Positions 1 through 15,000 of a stretch of DNA of 64,000 nt are shown piece by piece; position 1 is the stretch's first letter, and the number at the start of each line of letters is the position of its first letter. Both the position numbers and the translations under genes were made by a program. This DNA is from Candidatus Omnitrophota bacterium. GTDB taxonomy: Bacteria > Omnitrophota > Gorgyraeia > 2-01-FULL-45-10. The stretch is taken from positions 1,856-65,855 of the forward strand of contig JAPLME010000011.1 of the NCBI GenBank assembly GCA_026387175.1, given 5' to 3'. Below the pieces are notes generated by a model, which was given only the letters and a program-made list of their open reading frames with translations, did no database searches and was not told the DNA's origin.

Positions 1-3000
1 CATAACTGGTTTAACGGTACTGCCGGTAATGTCTACTGGACCAACGCTTCAGGTGATGGCAAATGGTCCACGGCAGCTAACTGGTCAACCGGTGTTATTC
101 CACAGACAACAGACTCAGTTGTGTTCAATGCTACCTCGACCACAAACTGTTCAGTTAACCAGGCAGCTACGGTCACCAACCTCACTCTTGACACAGGTTA
201 CACCGGCACGGTTACCTTAGGTGCAACTTCAGGACAAGATCTTACCGTAACTAACTCTATCGCCATTAACACCAACGGCGGCATACTTGTTGACAACGGC
301 AGAGTAGTGAACTTTAAGAATGTTGCAATTGTTTCTGAAAGTAATCACCTGAATTCTACTGGCAACTGGAAGCAAACAGCCAGCGGAAATATATCGGCTT
401 ATTATCCCGAAGCTTTTAATAGCCTTGAATTGGCAAGCGGAGTTACCGCGACCTTAACCAATAGCATAAGTGTGAGGAAAGTTATTCTTGGCAGTAATGC
501 TACAATTACCGGAAATACAAGCTATCGTCTTTGGATATCTCCCACGGCAGATAATTTTATTACTCAGGGCACAGGCTCAAATATTTCTTTGCCAATTCAT
601 ATAACTGGTATAACCAGTAATATAAACCAAGGCGCCTTGAATGTTTCCGGGGCTGTTTTCCTTCGTGATAGCAACAATAAAATTTTGACCATGACTGGGG
701 ATTGGAATATTGGCACGTTGACGATATGGGGAACCAACGCGACTGGCTCCGTAGTTACCATTGATACCAACGGAAATAACTTAACTATAACAGGCGATTT
801 AGCTATATCAAACGGAGCCGTCAATTATGCCAATCAACAACTTGGCAAAATCCTCTTTAAAACCGGAAATCATACAATTACAGGTGATGTATATATCCTT
901 GGCCAAGGCCAATACACCCACGGCTACATTGACTTTGGCTCAAGCACGGTGAATGTAGGGGGGAACCTTGACTTTAGATACGCCTCAGTTACTCCCGGAA
1001 CATCAACTGTAAACCTTACCGGCGCTACCACTGCCAATATCTATAGTATTGTGGATTATACTTATAAAGACGCTACCTTAGATAATGCGGTATTGAATAC
1101 AGCGCCGTTCTATAAATTAACCTCAACCGTAGCAGGGAAGACCGTTAAATTTGAAGCAGGGAAGACCGTAACGATAGCCAATAACCTAAACCTTGCCGGA
1201 ACCGGAACAGGCATCAATCTCTTAACCTTAAACTCTACCACTTCCGGCACTGCCGCGAAACTAAATGTCGCGAGCGGCGCTACAGTTACCGGCATGAATT
1301 ACTTAAGTGTCAAGGATTCCGACGCTTCGAGCGGCAAGGGTATCGTCGCATCTAATTCGACCAATGTTAGTAATAATACCAACTGGTTCTTTGGCGCCGC
1401 CGGCAGTAATTATTGGGTTAATAACTCAGGCGACGGCAAGTGGTCCACTGCCGCTAACTGGTCCACCGGTAGCGTGCCAACTTCGGCTGACAATGTTGTG
1501 CTTAACTCCGCCTCAGCTTCAAACTGCAGTTTCGATACAGGGGTGGCTAATACCACAGTCGCTAGCCTCACTCTGGACACAGGCTATACCGGCACTCTGA
1601 CCTTAGCGCAAGGTATTACGGTCACCGGAACGCTTAAAGTAACCCAAGGCACATTTGACGCCGCTACCTATAATGTAAATGCCGCTAACTTCACTTCCAC
1701 AGGAATATTGGCTCGAACACTTAACTTAGGGACAGGGAGTACCTGGACCATATCAGGTAACTGGGACTCTTCAGGCGGTAATATTACGGTTAATCCAGGT
1801 ACCTCAACCGTTACTCTCACCGGAGACGGCACAGTTAAAGCCTGTCCCAGCGTTACTACTTTCTATAACCTCTCAGCGGCCGCATCAGGCATGACCACTA
1901 CTATTGCCCGGGATCCTTCTAAGAATATGTGGGTGGCGGGGGGATGGGGCGTTAATAACTACTTTGCCTACTCTTCTGACGGGATTACTTGGACAGGCTT
2001 GGGCACAAACACATGCCTTACCACCGTCCATAACATCTGCGGGAATGGTTCTAAGTTCGTGGCGGTAGGTACTGGCCCTAGTTCCATTGCCTACTCTACT
2101 AACGGGATTACCTGGACAGGCTTGGGCACAAGTATATTCTCAGGTAATGGCGCCTTTGGCGTCTGCTGGAACGGCTCTAAGTTCGTAGCTGTAGGGCATG
2201 GCGCTAATACCATTGCCTACTCTTATGATGGCATTGCCTGGGCAGCCGCTCCAGGCAGTACAAACATATTTTCAATCAACGCAAACGGCGCCGACATCTG
2301 CTGGAACGGCTCTAAGTTCGTTGCTGTAGGAGACGGAACTAATACCATTGCCTACTCCTCTGATGGCATTAACTGGACAGGCTTGGGCACAAGTATATTC
2401 TCAAGCTATGGCAAAAGCGTTGCCTGGAACGGCACTCGCTTTATAGCAACAGGTTCTGGCAATAGTACTCTTGCCTATTCCTCTGACGGTATTACCTGGG
2501 TAGGCTTAGGCACAAGCATATTCTCAAGCTATGGCTGGGGCGTCGCCTGGAACGGCACCCGTATTATAGCAACAGGCGCTGGCACCAATACCATTGCCTA
2601 CTCTTCTGATGGTATTACCTGGGTAGGCTTAGGCTCAAGTATATTCATAACCTTCGGAGGCGGCATCTGCTGGAATGGTTCTAAGTTCGTCGCTGGCGGG
2701 CAAAGCCCTGGCAGCGCCTATTCAACTGATGGGATCACCTGGACAAGCGGTGGAGTCCCAATGGCAGTCGGCTACGGCGTTTGCTCCATCCCAGCCCCCA
2801 AACTCGTTCCACCTATCCTATCAGATGACATAAAGGTCTCAAATAACCTCACATTAGGTGGAGGTACACTCACTCGTAACGGCACCGACCAGATAGCCTT
2901 AACCTTAACTAGCGCCACCCCTACAGTAACATTAGGAGGCTCTACGATTAGTAGCGGCACAATTATCAGATACGCTCCCGCAGCAGGCTCAGGCGCTACC

Positions 3001-6000
3001 ACTGTCACTATCCCAGGAGGCGCCTACAGCGGAGCTAAGATCGAAGCCTATACTAAGCTTAATTATAGCGTCGCCCAGCCCCAAGGAGCTGTCACATATC
3101 AGTTAGGGGGGAGCATCACCTCATTAGCCAATCTAAACATCTACGCTGATGTAGGGCTACCAGCCACTACATTCAGCTTAGTAAATGGCTCTAATAATTA
3201 TAACCTTACCTCTAATAGCCTTACATTAGGTAAAGATGAAGTAACTAACGGATCTGTCACATTTAATTCAGGAAGTGGCACAGTAGCTCTACCGTCACTT
3301 ACAAACCTCGTTCCTTCCACTAATAATAGCGGCTTACACACTCTTAACCTTAACACATCCACCTGGAATGTGGCAGGGGACTGGGATACCTCAGGCAATA
3401 ACATTATACTTAATCCAAGCACCTCAACTGTTAACCTTACCGATAACGGTATACTTAAGACTAACCCCTCTACCACAAGCTTCTATAACCTATCCTGCGC
3501 GGTCACAGGTAAGACCACAACAGTTGCCCGGGACCCTTCTAAGAATATGTGGGTAGCGGCAGGCGAAGGCACCAACTCTCTTGCCTACTCTTCTGATGGT
3601 ATTACCTGGGTAGGCTTAGGCACAAGTATATTATCATACCGTGGCCGAGGCGTTGCCTGGAACGGCACCCGTTTCGTAGCAACAGGCGCTGGCGCCGACT
3701 CCCTTGCTTATTCTTCCAATGGGATTAATTGGACAGGCCTTGGCTCAAGCATATTCTCCGGCACTGGCCGCTACGTTGCCTGGAACGGCACCCGTTTCGT
3801 AACAGTAGGCACTGGCGCTAACTCCATTGCTTACTCCTCCGACGGTACTAATTGGACTGGGGTGACTACCACAAGCATATTCTCAGCCTATGGCTACGGC
3901 ATTGCCTGGAACGGCACCCGCTTCGTAGCAACGGGCAGCGGCACCAACAACTCCATTGCTTACTCCTTCGATGGCATTACTTGGACAGGCCTTGGCACAA
4001 GCATATTTTCAAGCAGTGGTACCGGCATTGCTTGGAACGGCACCCGTTTCGTGGCAGTGGGTAGTGGCACCAACTCCATTACCTACTCTTCCGATGGCAT
4101 TACCTGGACCGGTTTAGGTAAAAGCATATTCTCAGTCAATGGCTACGATGTTGCCTGGAACGGCACCCGTTTCGTAACAGTAGGCACTGGCACCAACTGC
4201 ATTGCCTACTCTTCAGATGGCATCACCTGGACAGGTTTAGGCACAAGTGTATTCTCAAGCTATGGCTACAGCATCGGCTCTTGCCCTGCTCCTAAACTTA
4301 CTCCACCCGTCCTAAGCGATGACATACCGGTCTTGAATACCCTCACCTTAGGCGGCGGCACACTCACCCGTAACGGCACCGACCAGGTAGCCTTAACATT
4401 ACGTAAGGACACCGGCAATTTCTTAGTGTTAAATAACTCCACGATCAGTAATAATGCTATTATCCGCTTCGCTCCTCTGGCTAACGCCTCAAGTCCTAAG
4501 ACTGTCTCTATCCCCGGAGGCGACTACGGCACAGCTCAAGTAGAAGCCTATGTCCAGACTAATAACGCTGTAGCCCAGCCTCAAGGAGCTATCAGCTATC
4601 AACTAGCGGGAAATATCGCGGGGGCAAACAGCTTAAATATCTACGCTGACTCTAATCTCTCCACAACCTTTGGCTTAAATAGCTACAATCTTTATACCGC
4701 TACTCCAGGGCTCCTCTATTTAGGTAAAGACTGTGCTCAAGGCGCAGTTACCTTTAATTCAGGTGCAGGCGCGGTAACCTTAGCCGCAACACCTCTCTCA
4801 AGCATAGTCGCGGATAACGCCGGAAGCCACACGCTCAATATGAACTCTTCCACCTGGAATATCTCCGGTGACTGGTGTCCTGAAGGTCTGACAAGCGGCA
4901 CCTCCAGCTCACTCAGTGTAGCCCCCAGCACATCCACTGTCAATATCACCGGCACCGGCACTACCACAATCTATGGCTCAAAGACCGCTACTCCTTCGAC
5001 ACCGTTTAATAACCTGTATACTCCTGTCGGCGGCTTAACTGACAAAACTATCAAGGTCAATGCCGGAAGCACACTTCAGATAGCCGGTATTCTGGGATTG
5101 CGGGGACAGGGCGAGAGCAGCCCGCTTAATTTCCAAAGCACTACCGCAGGAACTGCAGCTAATCTTAACGTTCTAGGCTCGACCGCCAATATGCAATACC
5201 TTAATGTCACAGACTCCAATGCTTCGGGCGGGAAGAAGATTCTCGCGTGTTCTTCCACTATTGACACCTACAGCTTGAATCATAACTGGGTTAACGGCAT
5301 TGTCGGTAATGTCTATTGGACCAATGCCTCTGGCGACGGCTTATGGTCCACCGCGGCTAACTGGTCCACAGGAGCTGTGCCGGTTTCGACAGACTCAGTC
5401 GTATTCAACGCTACCTCGACCACACCCTGCTCGGTTAACCAAGCAGCGACGGTTACAAACCTCACTATGGACACAGGATACACCGGCACAGTGACTTTAA
5501 GCGCAACGTCAGGACAGGATTTAACCGTTACAGGCTCTATTACCATTAGTACCAACAGCGGTACGCTAGTAGATAATGGACGAACAGTTAATTTCAAGAA
5601 TGTCTCTATTGCTTATGAAAACACGCCCGTGCATCTTACTTCTACGGGTAATTGGAAAATGATTTCCAGCGGAACTATTTTTGGCCCTCAAGATAGTTCT
5701 AAAATTAATAGCCTTGAGCTGGCAGCCGGAGTTACCGCGAATTTGTTGACAAATTGCACTGTTAACATAAGAAACCTTATCCTTGGAAATAATTCCGTGC
5801 TTACCGGTTATTATATGATAATTGTGCCTACAACCAATAATTTTATTACCCAGGGTACCGGAGCAACTATTTCTGCGACTTTAGAGATTTGTCCAGGTGA
5901 CATGAACCAGGGCGCTCTGACTACATCCGGACCTGTAAAGATTACCTGGGGCGCTAACCGTACTTTGACCATGACCGGAGATTGGAATATTGGTGGATAC

Positions 6001-9000
6001 CTTATGGTATTTGGTTCATCAAGTTTTGGCACAACCGGAATGATGACCCTGGACACTAACGGCAAAAATCTTACTGTAGGCGGTGACTTACAATTAGGAA
6101 ATAGTGACTCTTCGTATGCCAACGATTTTCTCGGAAAAATTCTGTTTAAGAACGGTACCCACACTATCGGAGGCAAAATATTTGTTATGAACGGAAACAC
6201 TCCTTCAACCTGCTACACCCATGGCTACTTTGACTTTGGCCAAAGCACGGTAAACGTAGGGGGGAACCTTGACTTTAGGTGCGCCTCAGTAACTCCCGGA
6301 ACTTCAACCGTAAATCTTACCGGCACTACTGCCGCCACGATTTATTCAATAGTTGACTATGCCTATAAAGACACCATCTTAGACACTCCGGTATTGAACA
6401 CAGCGCCGTTCTATAATTTAGCCTCAAGCGCGGCAAGCAAGATCATTAAATTTGAGGCAGGCAAGACCGTAACAGTAGCCAATAATCTAAGCCTTGCCGG
6501 TGCAAGCGGTAACCTCTTAACCTTAAACTCTACTACCGCGGGCACTGCAGCTAACCTGAATATTTTAGGCACAGCCACCGGTATGAACTACCTGAGTGTT
6601 AAGGACTCCAATGCTTCAGGCGGGAAAGGTATCATCACTTATAACTCCACAAATGTTAGCAACAATACCAACTGGTTCTTTGGCACCGCCGGTAATAATT
6701 ACTGGCTCAATGCCTCCGGCGACGGCTTGTGGTCCACACCCGCTAACTGGTCCACAGGCATTGTGCCGGTCTCGGGCGACAATGTTTATTTCAACACGAC
6801 CTCAACTTCAGACTGCAGTTTCGATACAGGAGCGACCAATACGACAGTCGCAAGCCTTACCTTAGATACAAATTACACCGGTACCCTGACCTTAGCGCAA
6901 GGTATTACAGTCACCGGAACACTTAAAGTGACCCAGGGGACATTTGACGCCGCTACCTATAATGTAAACGCCGCTAACTTCACTTCCACAGGAGCCTTAG
7001 CTCGTACACTAAACTTAGGAACAGGGAGTACTTGGACCATTGCAGGCAACTGGGACTCATCAGGAGGTAACATCACAGTTAACCCCGGTACTTCAACAGT
7101 TACTCTTACAGGAACCGGCACAGTTAAAGCCTGTCCCAGTGTCACTACTTTCTATAACCTCTCAGCGGCCGCGTCAGGCAAGACTACGACGATTGCCCGG
7201 GATCCGTCGAAGAATATATGGGTGGCGACTGGCGTTGGCGCTAACACTCTTGCCTACTCTTCTGATGGTACTAATTGGACAGGCTTGGGCTCAAGTATAT
7301 TCTCAGGCAATGGTTACGGCGCTGCCTGGAACGGCACCCACTTCGTAGCAACGGGCTATGGCACCAACTCCCTTGCCCACTCTTATGACGGTATTATCTG
7401 GACTGGCCTAGGCACAAGTATATTCTCAACCCAAGGCCTTGGCATCTGTTGGAACGGCACCAAGTTTGTGGCTGTAGGAGAAGGCACTAATACAATTGCC
7501 TACTCCTCTAATGGGATTACCTGGACAGGCTTAAGCTCAAGCATATTCTCAGTCTTTGGCGATGGCGTTGCCTGGAACGGCACACGCTTCGTCGCAGTAG
7601 GCTATGGCACCAACTCCATTACCTATTCCCCCGATGGGATTACATGGACTGGGGTGACCGGCAAAAGTATATTCTCAGATTACGGCATGAACATTGCCTG
7701 GAACGGCACCCGCTTCGTCGCAGTAGGCCAAGGCACCAACTCCCTAGCTTACTCTTCTGACGGTATTATATGGATAGGTTTAGGCACAAGCATATTCTCA
7801 ACTTCTGGCCGCGGCGTCGCCTGGAACGGCACCCGCTTCGTCGCAGTAGGTTGGGGCACCAATTCCATCGCTTACTCTTCTGACGGCATCACCTGGACAG
7901 GACTCGGCTATAGCGGATTATCATCCCACGGCAACAGCGTTGCCTGGAACGGCACTAGCTTTGTAGCAATAGGCTTAGGCACTAACAATATTGCCTACTC
8001 TTCCGATGGCATTACCTGGACTGGAGTAACCGGCACAAGCATATTCTCAGTCAATGGTGTTGGCGTTGCCTCTTGCCTTGCCCCCAAACTCACTCCACCC
8101 ATCCTTAGCGATGGCATAAAGATCACAAATGGTCTTACACTAAACGGCGGCACACTCACTCGTAACAGCACCGACCAGGTAGCCTTATCCTTAACGAGCA
8201 ATACTCCTACATTAACATTAGGCTCTTCCACTATCAGTAATAGCGCTATTATTAGATATGCCCCTGTGGCCACTTCAGGCGCTACCACCGTCACTATCCC
8301 CGGAGGCGCTTACTCAGGCGCCAAGATAGAAGCTTATTCTAAGACTAATTATGGTGTTACCCAGCCTCAAGGGTCTATAACATACAAATTAGGGGGCAGT
8401 ATCACCTCAGCAGCTAATCTAAACATCTACGCAGATGTAGGACTACCTAGCACTACATTCAGCTTAGTAAATGGCGCCAGTAACTATAACCTCACCTCCA
8501 CATCCCTTACAATAGGTAAGGATGAAGTAACTAACGGCACTATTACATTTAACTCTGGAAGCGGCACAGTAGCTCTTGCCTCACTTACAAACTTAGTGCC
8601 TTCCACTAATAATAGCGGTCTACACACATTAAACCTCAATACATCCACCTGGAATGTGGCAGGGGACTGGGATACATCAGGCAATAACATCATACTTAAT
8701 CCAAGCACCTCAACCGTTAACCTTACAGGCTCAGGTACACTAAAGACCAGCCCGAACACTACAAGCTTCTATAACTTATCCTGCGCGGCATCAGGGAAGA
8801 CCACTACAGTCGCCAGAGATCCTTCTAAGAATATATGGGTGGCGGCAGGCCAAGGCACCAACTCTCTTGCTTATTCTTATGATGGTATTAACTGGGTAGG
8901 TTTGGGCATAAATATATTCGCGATCAACGGCTATGGTGCTTGTTGGAATGGCTCTAAGTTCATTGTCGTAGGCCAAGGCACTAACACCCTTGCCTATTCC

Positions 9001-12000
9001 TCTGATGGCATCAACTGGACAGGCTTAGGCACAAGCATATTCTCAACCCGAGGTTATGGCATTGCCTGGAACGGCACCCGTTTCGTAGCAGGAGGCGGCG
9101 GCGTTAACTTCCTCGCCTACTCTTCTGACGGTACTACTTGGACCGGTTTAGGCACAAGCGTATTTTCAACCGCCGGCTATGGCGTCGCCTGGAACGGCAC
9201 CTGTTTTGTATCAGTGGGCAGCGGCACTAATTCCATTGCTTACTCTTCCGATGGAATTACTTGGACCGGTTTAGGCACAAGCGTATTTTCAACCGCCGGC
9301 AATGGCGTCGCCTGGAACGGCACGCGTTTCGTTGCAGTAGGCTATGGCACTACCTCTCCGGGTACTAATTCCATTGCCTATTCTTCCGATGGAATTACTT
9401 GGACCGGTTTAGGCACAAGCATATTTTCGACAGGAATTGGTTACGGCGTCGCCTGGAACGGCACGCGTTTCATAGCAACTGGTGGAGGCACCAACTCCCT
9501 TGGATACTCTTCCGATGGTATTATCTGGACAGGCCAAGCCGTATTCTTAAGTCAAGGCAATGGTGTCTGCTGGAACGGCTCTAAGTTTGTAGCCGTAGGA
9601 TATGCAGGCGGCACTAACTCTATCGCTTACTCCTCCGATGGTATTATCTGGACCGGCTTAGGCTCAAGCATATTCTCATACTATGGTCGTAGTGTTTGCT
9701 CCAGCTCCGCCCCGAAGCTCACTCCGCCCATCTTAAGCGACGACATCCCTGTCCTGAACACCCTCACCTTAGGCGGCGGCACACTCACTCGTAACGGCAC
9801 CGACCAGGTGGCCTTAACCTTACGTAAGGACACCGGCAATTTCTTAGTCTTAAATAACTCCACAATCAGCAATAACGCTATTATCCGCTTTGCTCCTTTG
9901 GCTAACGCCACAAGCGCTAAGACCGTCTCTATCCCAGGAGGCGACTATGGCACCGCTCAATTAGAAGCCTATGTCCAGACTAATAATGCTGTCGATCAGC
10001 CTCAAGGACCTATCAGCTATCAGTTAGCGGGAAATATCGCGGGGGCAAACAGCTTAAACATTTACGCCGACTCTAACCTCTCCACCACCTTTGGCTTAAA
10101 TAGCTACAATCTCTATACCGCCACTCCCGGACTCCTCTATTTAGGTAAAGACTGCGCTCGAGGCGCAGTTACCTTTAATTCAGGCGCAGGCGCGGTAACC
10201 TTAGCCGCTACACCTCTCTCAAGCATAGTCGCTGATAACGCAGGAGCTCACACACTCAATATGAATAGCTCCACCTGGAATATCTCCGGTGACTGGTGTC
10301 CTGAGAGCCAGACCAGCGGTACCTCAAGCGCTCTAAGCGTAGTCCCTGGCACATCCACTGTTAATATCACCGGCACCGGCGCCACCACAATCTATGGTTC
10401 AAAAACCGCCACTCCTTCGACGCCGCTTTATAACCTTTACACACCCAGCGGCGGCTTAGTGGATAAGGTTATCAAAGTTAATGCCGGAAGCACGCTCCAG
10501 ATAGCAGGGACCTTGAGATTGCAGGGCCAGAATTCAGGCAGCCCTCTCTATTTCCAGAGCACCGCCTTAGGTACGCCCGCTAGCCTGAATCTTCAAGGCT
10601 CAGCCGTGAGTATGCAATATCTTGTTGTCAAAGATTCCGACGCCACCAGTGGAAAGAAGATCCTTGCCTACGACTCCACTATCGACACTTACAGCTTGAA
10701 TCATAATTGGATCGGCGGTACAGTCGGTATCGTTTACTGGACCAATGCCTCCGGCGACGGCTTATGGTCCACGGCTGCTAACTGGTCCACGGGCGCTGTG
10801 CCGGTTTCGACAGACTCAGTCATATTTAATGTTGTCTCAGGTTCAAGCCCAACCTCAAACTGCTCGGTTAACCAGGCAGTTACGGTTGCTAACCTCACCC
10901 TTGATACCGGCTATACCGGCACAGTTATCTTAAGCTCAACTTCAGGGCAGGATTTAACTGTTACCGGTTCCATCAATATTAATACGAACGGCGGCGCACT
11001 GAATGATAACGGCAGAAATGTAAATTTTGTGAATGCTTCTATTGTCAACGAAGGAAACCGTTTATATTCCAATGGCAACTGGAAGATGACAGCCAACGGT
11101 AATATTAAAAATGCTAACGGCGGTAATATATTTAATAAAACCTTTGAGGTGGGAGCCGGAGTTACCGCGACTTTAACAAGTGATATTTGGACGAAAGGTC
11201 TCATTCTGGGGAATAACGCTGTTGTTACAGGAGGATCAACAATAGTATTTTATTATCCCCCTAATGATTTCATCGCTCAAGGCGCAGGCTCAGTTATTTC
11301 TTCTACTATAGATATCGATCTAAGTGGTAACAGAAGCCAGGGCGCTTTGACTACAACTTCAAGCGTAAACTTTTATTGGCATACTGCTACTTTAACTATG
11401 ACTGATAATTGGCATATCGGTGGATATCTTTCTATTTACAGCGGTTCTTCTGGCGCAACTGCCATCTTAGATACTAACGGCAAAAATCTTACTGTAGACG
11501 GAAATTTATACTTGGGGAATACCGTTTATTATGGTCAAATTCTTTTTAAAACTGGCACGCATACAATAGGCGGAAATATGTATGTCAACCAATCAGGCAG
11601 CCCTAGCCACGGTTATTTTGATTTTGGCTCAAGCACAGTTAATGTAGCAGGTAATGTCGATTTCCGTTATGCTTCGGTAAAGCCTGGCACATCAACAATA
11701 GTGTTTACCGGTACCAATGCCGCAACTATCCGCGCGCTCACAAGCGATGATACGTCCTTTGACGCGTTAAGCCTAAACAATACAGCGCCGTTCTATAAAT
11801 TAACCTCGACCGTTGCAGGCAAGACCATTAACTTTGAAGCAGGGAAGACCGTAACGGTAGCGAATAACTTAACTCTTGCCGGAACCGGGATGGGCGCTAA
11901 TCTCCTGACCTTAAACTCTACCGTAGCAGGCACTACCGCTAATTTAAATGTCGCGGGCACAGCCACCGGCATGAATTACTTAAGCGTCAAAGATTCCGAT

Positions 12001-15000
12001 GCTTCGATCGGGAAAGGTATTGTCGCTTATAATTCTACAAATGTTAGCAATAACACCAACTGGTATTTTGGCGCCTCGGGTAATAATTACTGGCTCAATG
12101 CCTCAGGCGATGGCAAGTGGTCGACGCCGACTAACTGGTCCACGGGAATTGTGCCGACCTTGGGCGACAACGTCTATTTTAACACCACCTCAACCTCAAA
12201 TTGCAGTTTCGATACGGGAGTGGTTAATACGTCAGTTAATAGCCTCACTTTAGATACGGGTTACACCGGCACCCTTACTTTGGCTAAAAATATCACGGTT
12301 ACAACAGCCCTCACTGTAACCCAAGGCACATTTAACGCCGCTACCTATAATGTAAACGCGGCGAACTTCACCTCCACAGGAGCCTTAGCCCGCGCATTGA
12401 ATTTAGGAACAGGAAGTATCTGGACCATCTCAGGTAACTGGGATTCTTCAGGAGGCAACATTACGGTTAACCCCGGCACATCAACCGTTACTCTTACAGG
12501 AGACGGCACGGTTAAGGCTTGTCCCAGCGTTACTACTTTCTATAACCTCTCAGCCGCCGCCTCAGGCAAGACTACGACAATTGCCCGGGATCCTTCTAAG
12601 AATATATGGGTGGCAGGAGGTTATAACCCTAATAGCGCTGCTTACTCTGTTAATGAAGGAGTTAACTGGACCAAATCATCAAGTTTGGCAAGTATACTGG
12701 ATCAGGCTTGTCAAGGTATCGCCTGGAACGGCACCCGCTTTGTAGCAATGGGTAGTACTTCCAATTCTATCGCCTATTCTTCTGATGGTGTTACATGGAT
12801 AGCAGCGCCTAACTCAAAAAACATATTTTCAACCCGAGGCTACGGCATCGCCTGGAACGGCACCCGTTGGGTAGGAGTAGGCGGTGGCATCAATTCCATT
12901 GCCTATTCTTCTGACGGTATTATCTGGACAGGTTTAGGCACAATAAGCACAAACATATTCTCAATCTATGGCACCAATATCGCCTGGAACGGAAACCGCT
13001 TCGTAGCAGTAGGCAATGGTACGAATAACACCCTTGCTTATTCCTCTGACGGAATCACCTGGACCGGCTTAGGTACAAGCGTATTTTCGTCCAACGGCCG
13101 CGGTCTTGCCTGGAACGGCACCCGCTTCGTAGCCACGGGAAGCGGCACCAATTCCATTGCCTATTCCTCCGACGGCATTAATTGGATAGGTTTAGGTACA
13201 AGCGTATTCTCAAATAACGGCACAAGTGTCGCCTGGAACGGCACCCGCTTCGTAGCCACGGGAAGCGGCACCAATTCCATTGCCTATTCCTCCGATGGCA
13301 TTAATTGGACAGGTCTGGGTACTGTAAGCACAAACATATTCTCAATCTATGGCACCAATATCGCCTGGAACGGAAATCGCTTTGTAGCGGTAGGTTACAG
13401 CGGCGGTGGCACCTCCGTTGCCTATTCTTCCGATGGCATTATCTGGACGGCAGCGACCGTGTCCGGGATATTCTCAGGTGATGGATATGCTATCGCCTCT
13501 TCTCCTGCCCCTAAACTTACTCCACCCATCCTAAGCGATGACATAAAAGTCTCAAATGCCCTCACATTAGGTGGTGGCACACTCACTCGTAACGGCACCG
13601 ACGTAGTAGCTTTAACATTAACTAGCGCTACTCCTACAGTAACATTAGGCGGTTCCACCATCAGTAATAACGCGATCATAAGATACGCTCCTGTAGCCGG
13701 TGCAAGTGATACGATTGTCAATATACCAGGAGGTGCCTACAGCGGAGCCAGGATCGAAGCCTATACCAAGCGTAATGGAAGCATTACACAGCCTCAAGGA
13801 GCCCTCACGTATCGGTTAGGAGGCAGTATTACCTCGGCGGCTAGCCTAAACATCTATGCGGATGTGGGCCTGCCTGCAACCATCTTTAACCTATATGATG
13901 GCTCTAATAGCTATAATCTTGCTTCTTCCGGACTTATATTAGGTAAGGATGAAGTTACCAATGGCAATATTACTCTTAACTCAGGGACAGGTACGGTAGC
14001 TCTTAATTCACTTACAGGGCTCGTTCCTTCCACTAATAATAGCGGCTCACATATCTTAAATCTTAATTCATCCACCTGGAATGTAGCAGGGGACTGGGAT
14101 ACTTCAGGCAATAACATCGTACTTAATCCGGGCACTTCAACAGTTAACCTTACAGACACAGGCACTATAAAGACCAGCCCGAATACTACAAGCTTCTATA
14201 ACCTCTCAGCCGCGGCAAACGGGAAGACCACCACAGTTGCTCGTGACCCTTCCAAGAATATCTGGGTGGCGGTAGGTAACGGCGCCAACACCATTGCCTA
14301 TTCTTCCGACGGAATCACATGGACAGGCTTAGGCGCAGGCATATTATCAAGCTACAGCTATGGCGTCTGCTGGAACGGCTCCAAGTTCGTGGCGGTAGGG
14401 CAAGGCACCAACTCCATTGCCTACTCTTCAGACGGCATCATCTGGACAGGAGTGACCGTTCATAGCGTATTCTCAACCAACGGCCGTGGCGTCTGCTGGA
14501 ACGGCTCCAAGTTCGTGGCGGTAGGGCAAGGCACCAACTCCATTGCCTACTCTTCAGACGGCATCATCTGGACAGGTTTAGGTACAAGCATATTCTCATA
14601 TGGCTATAACGTCTGCTGGAACGGCTCCAAGTTCGTGGCTGTAGGAGGTAGCATTAACTCCATTGCCTACTCCTCTGACGGCATTATCTGGACAGGCTTA
14701 GGCGCAGGCATATTCTCACCCTATAGCCATGGTGTCTGCTGGAACGGCTCCAAGTTCGTGGCTGTAGGAGAAGGTAACAACACCATTGCCTACTCTTCCG
14801 ATGGTATTACCTGGACCGGTTTAGGCTACAGTATATTCTCACCCTATGGCCATGGCATTGCCTGGAACGGCTCCAAGTTCGTGGCTGTAGGAGGTAGCAT
14901 TAACTCCATTGCCTACTCCTCTGATGGCATTACCTGGACCGGTTTAGGCACAAGCTCATTCTTATACGGCCGTGGCGTCTGTTCTATCCTAACTCCCAAG

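Larger units (their letters stand above)
1..5280 (+). repeat. Intragenic super-repeat unit 1 (about 1,760 aa module: PATR-like beta-helix A and B segments, then two propeller arrays with linker domains)
   Basis: The unit begins with CATAACTGG (HNW...YWTNASGDG.WSTAANWSTG). The same motif restarts at 5281 and 10702. Units are about 80-92% identical at the nucleotide level across aligned stretches. Confidence 0.8.
5281..10701 (+). repeat. Intragenic super-repeat unit 2 (about 1,807 aa)
   Basis: It starts SLNHNWVNGIVGNVYWTNASGDGLWSTAANWSTGAVP and has the same domain order as unit 1. Confidence 0.8.

Noticed and set aside
29-220. 63-aa plus-strand ORF at the start of the window
   Set aside because: It lies in an alternative frame entirely inside the giant ORF, which is open from base 1. 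It has no independent signals.
1921-14985. Possibility that the short periodic repeats are a CRISPR array
   Set aside because: The repeats are in-frame coding units of about 126 nt with diverged sequence and no repeat-spacer structure. No cas genes are present.
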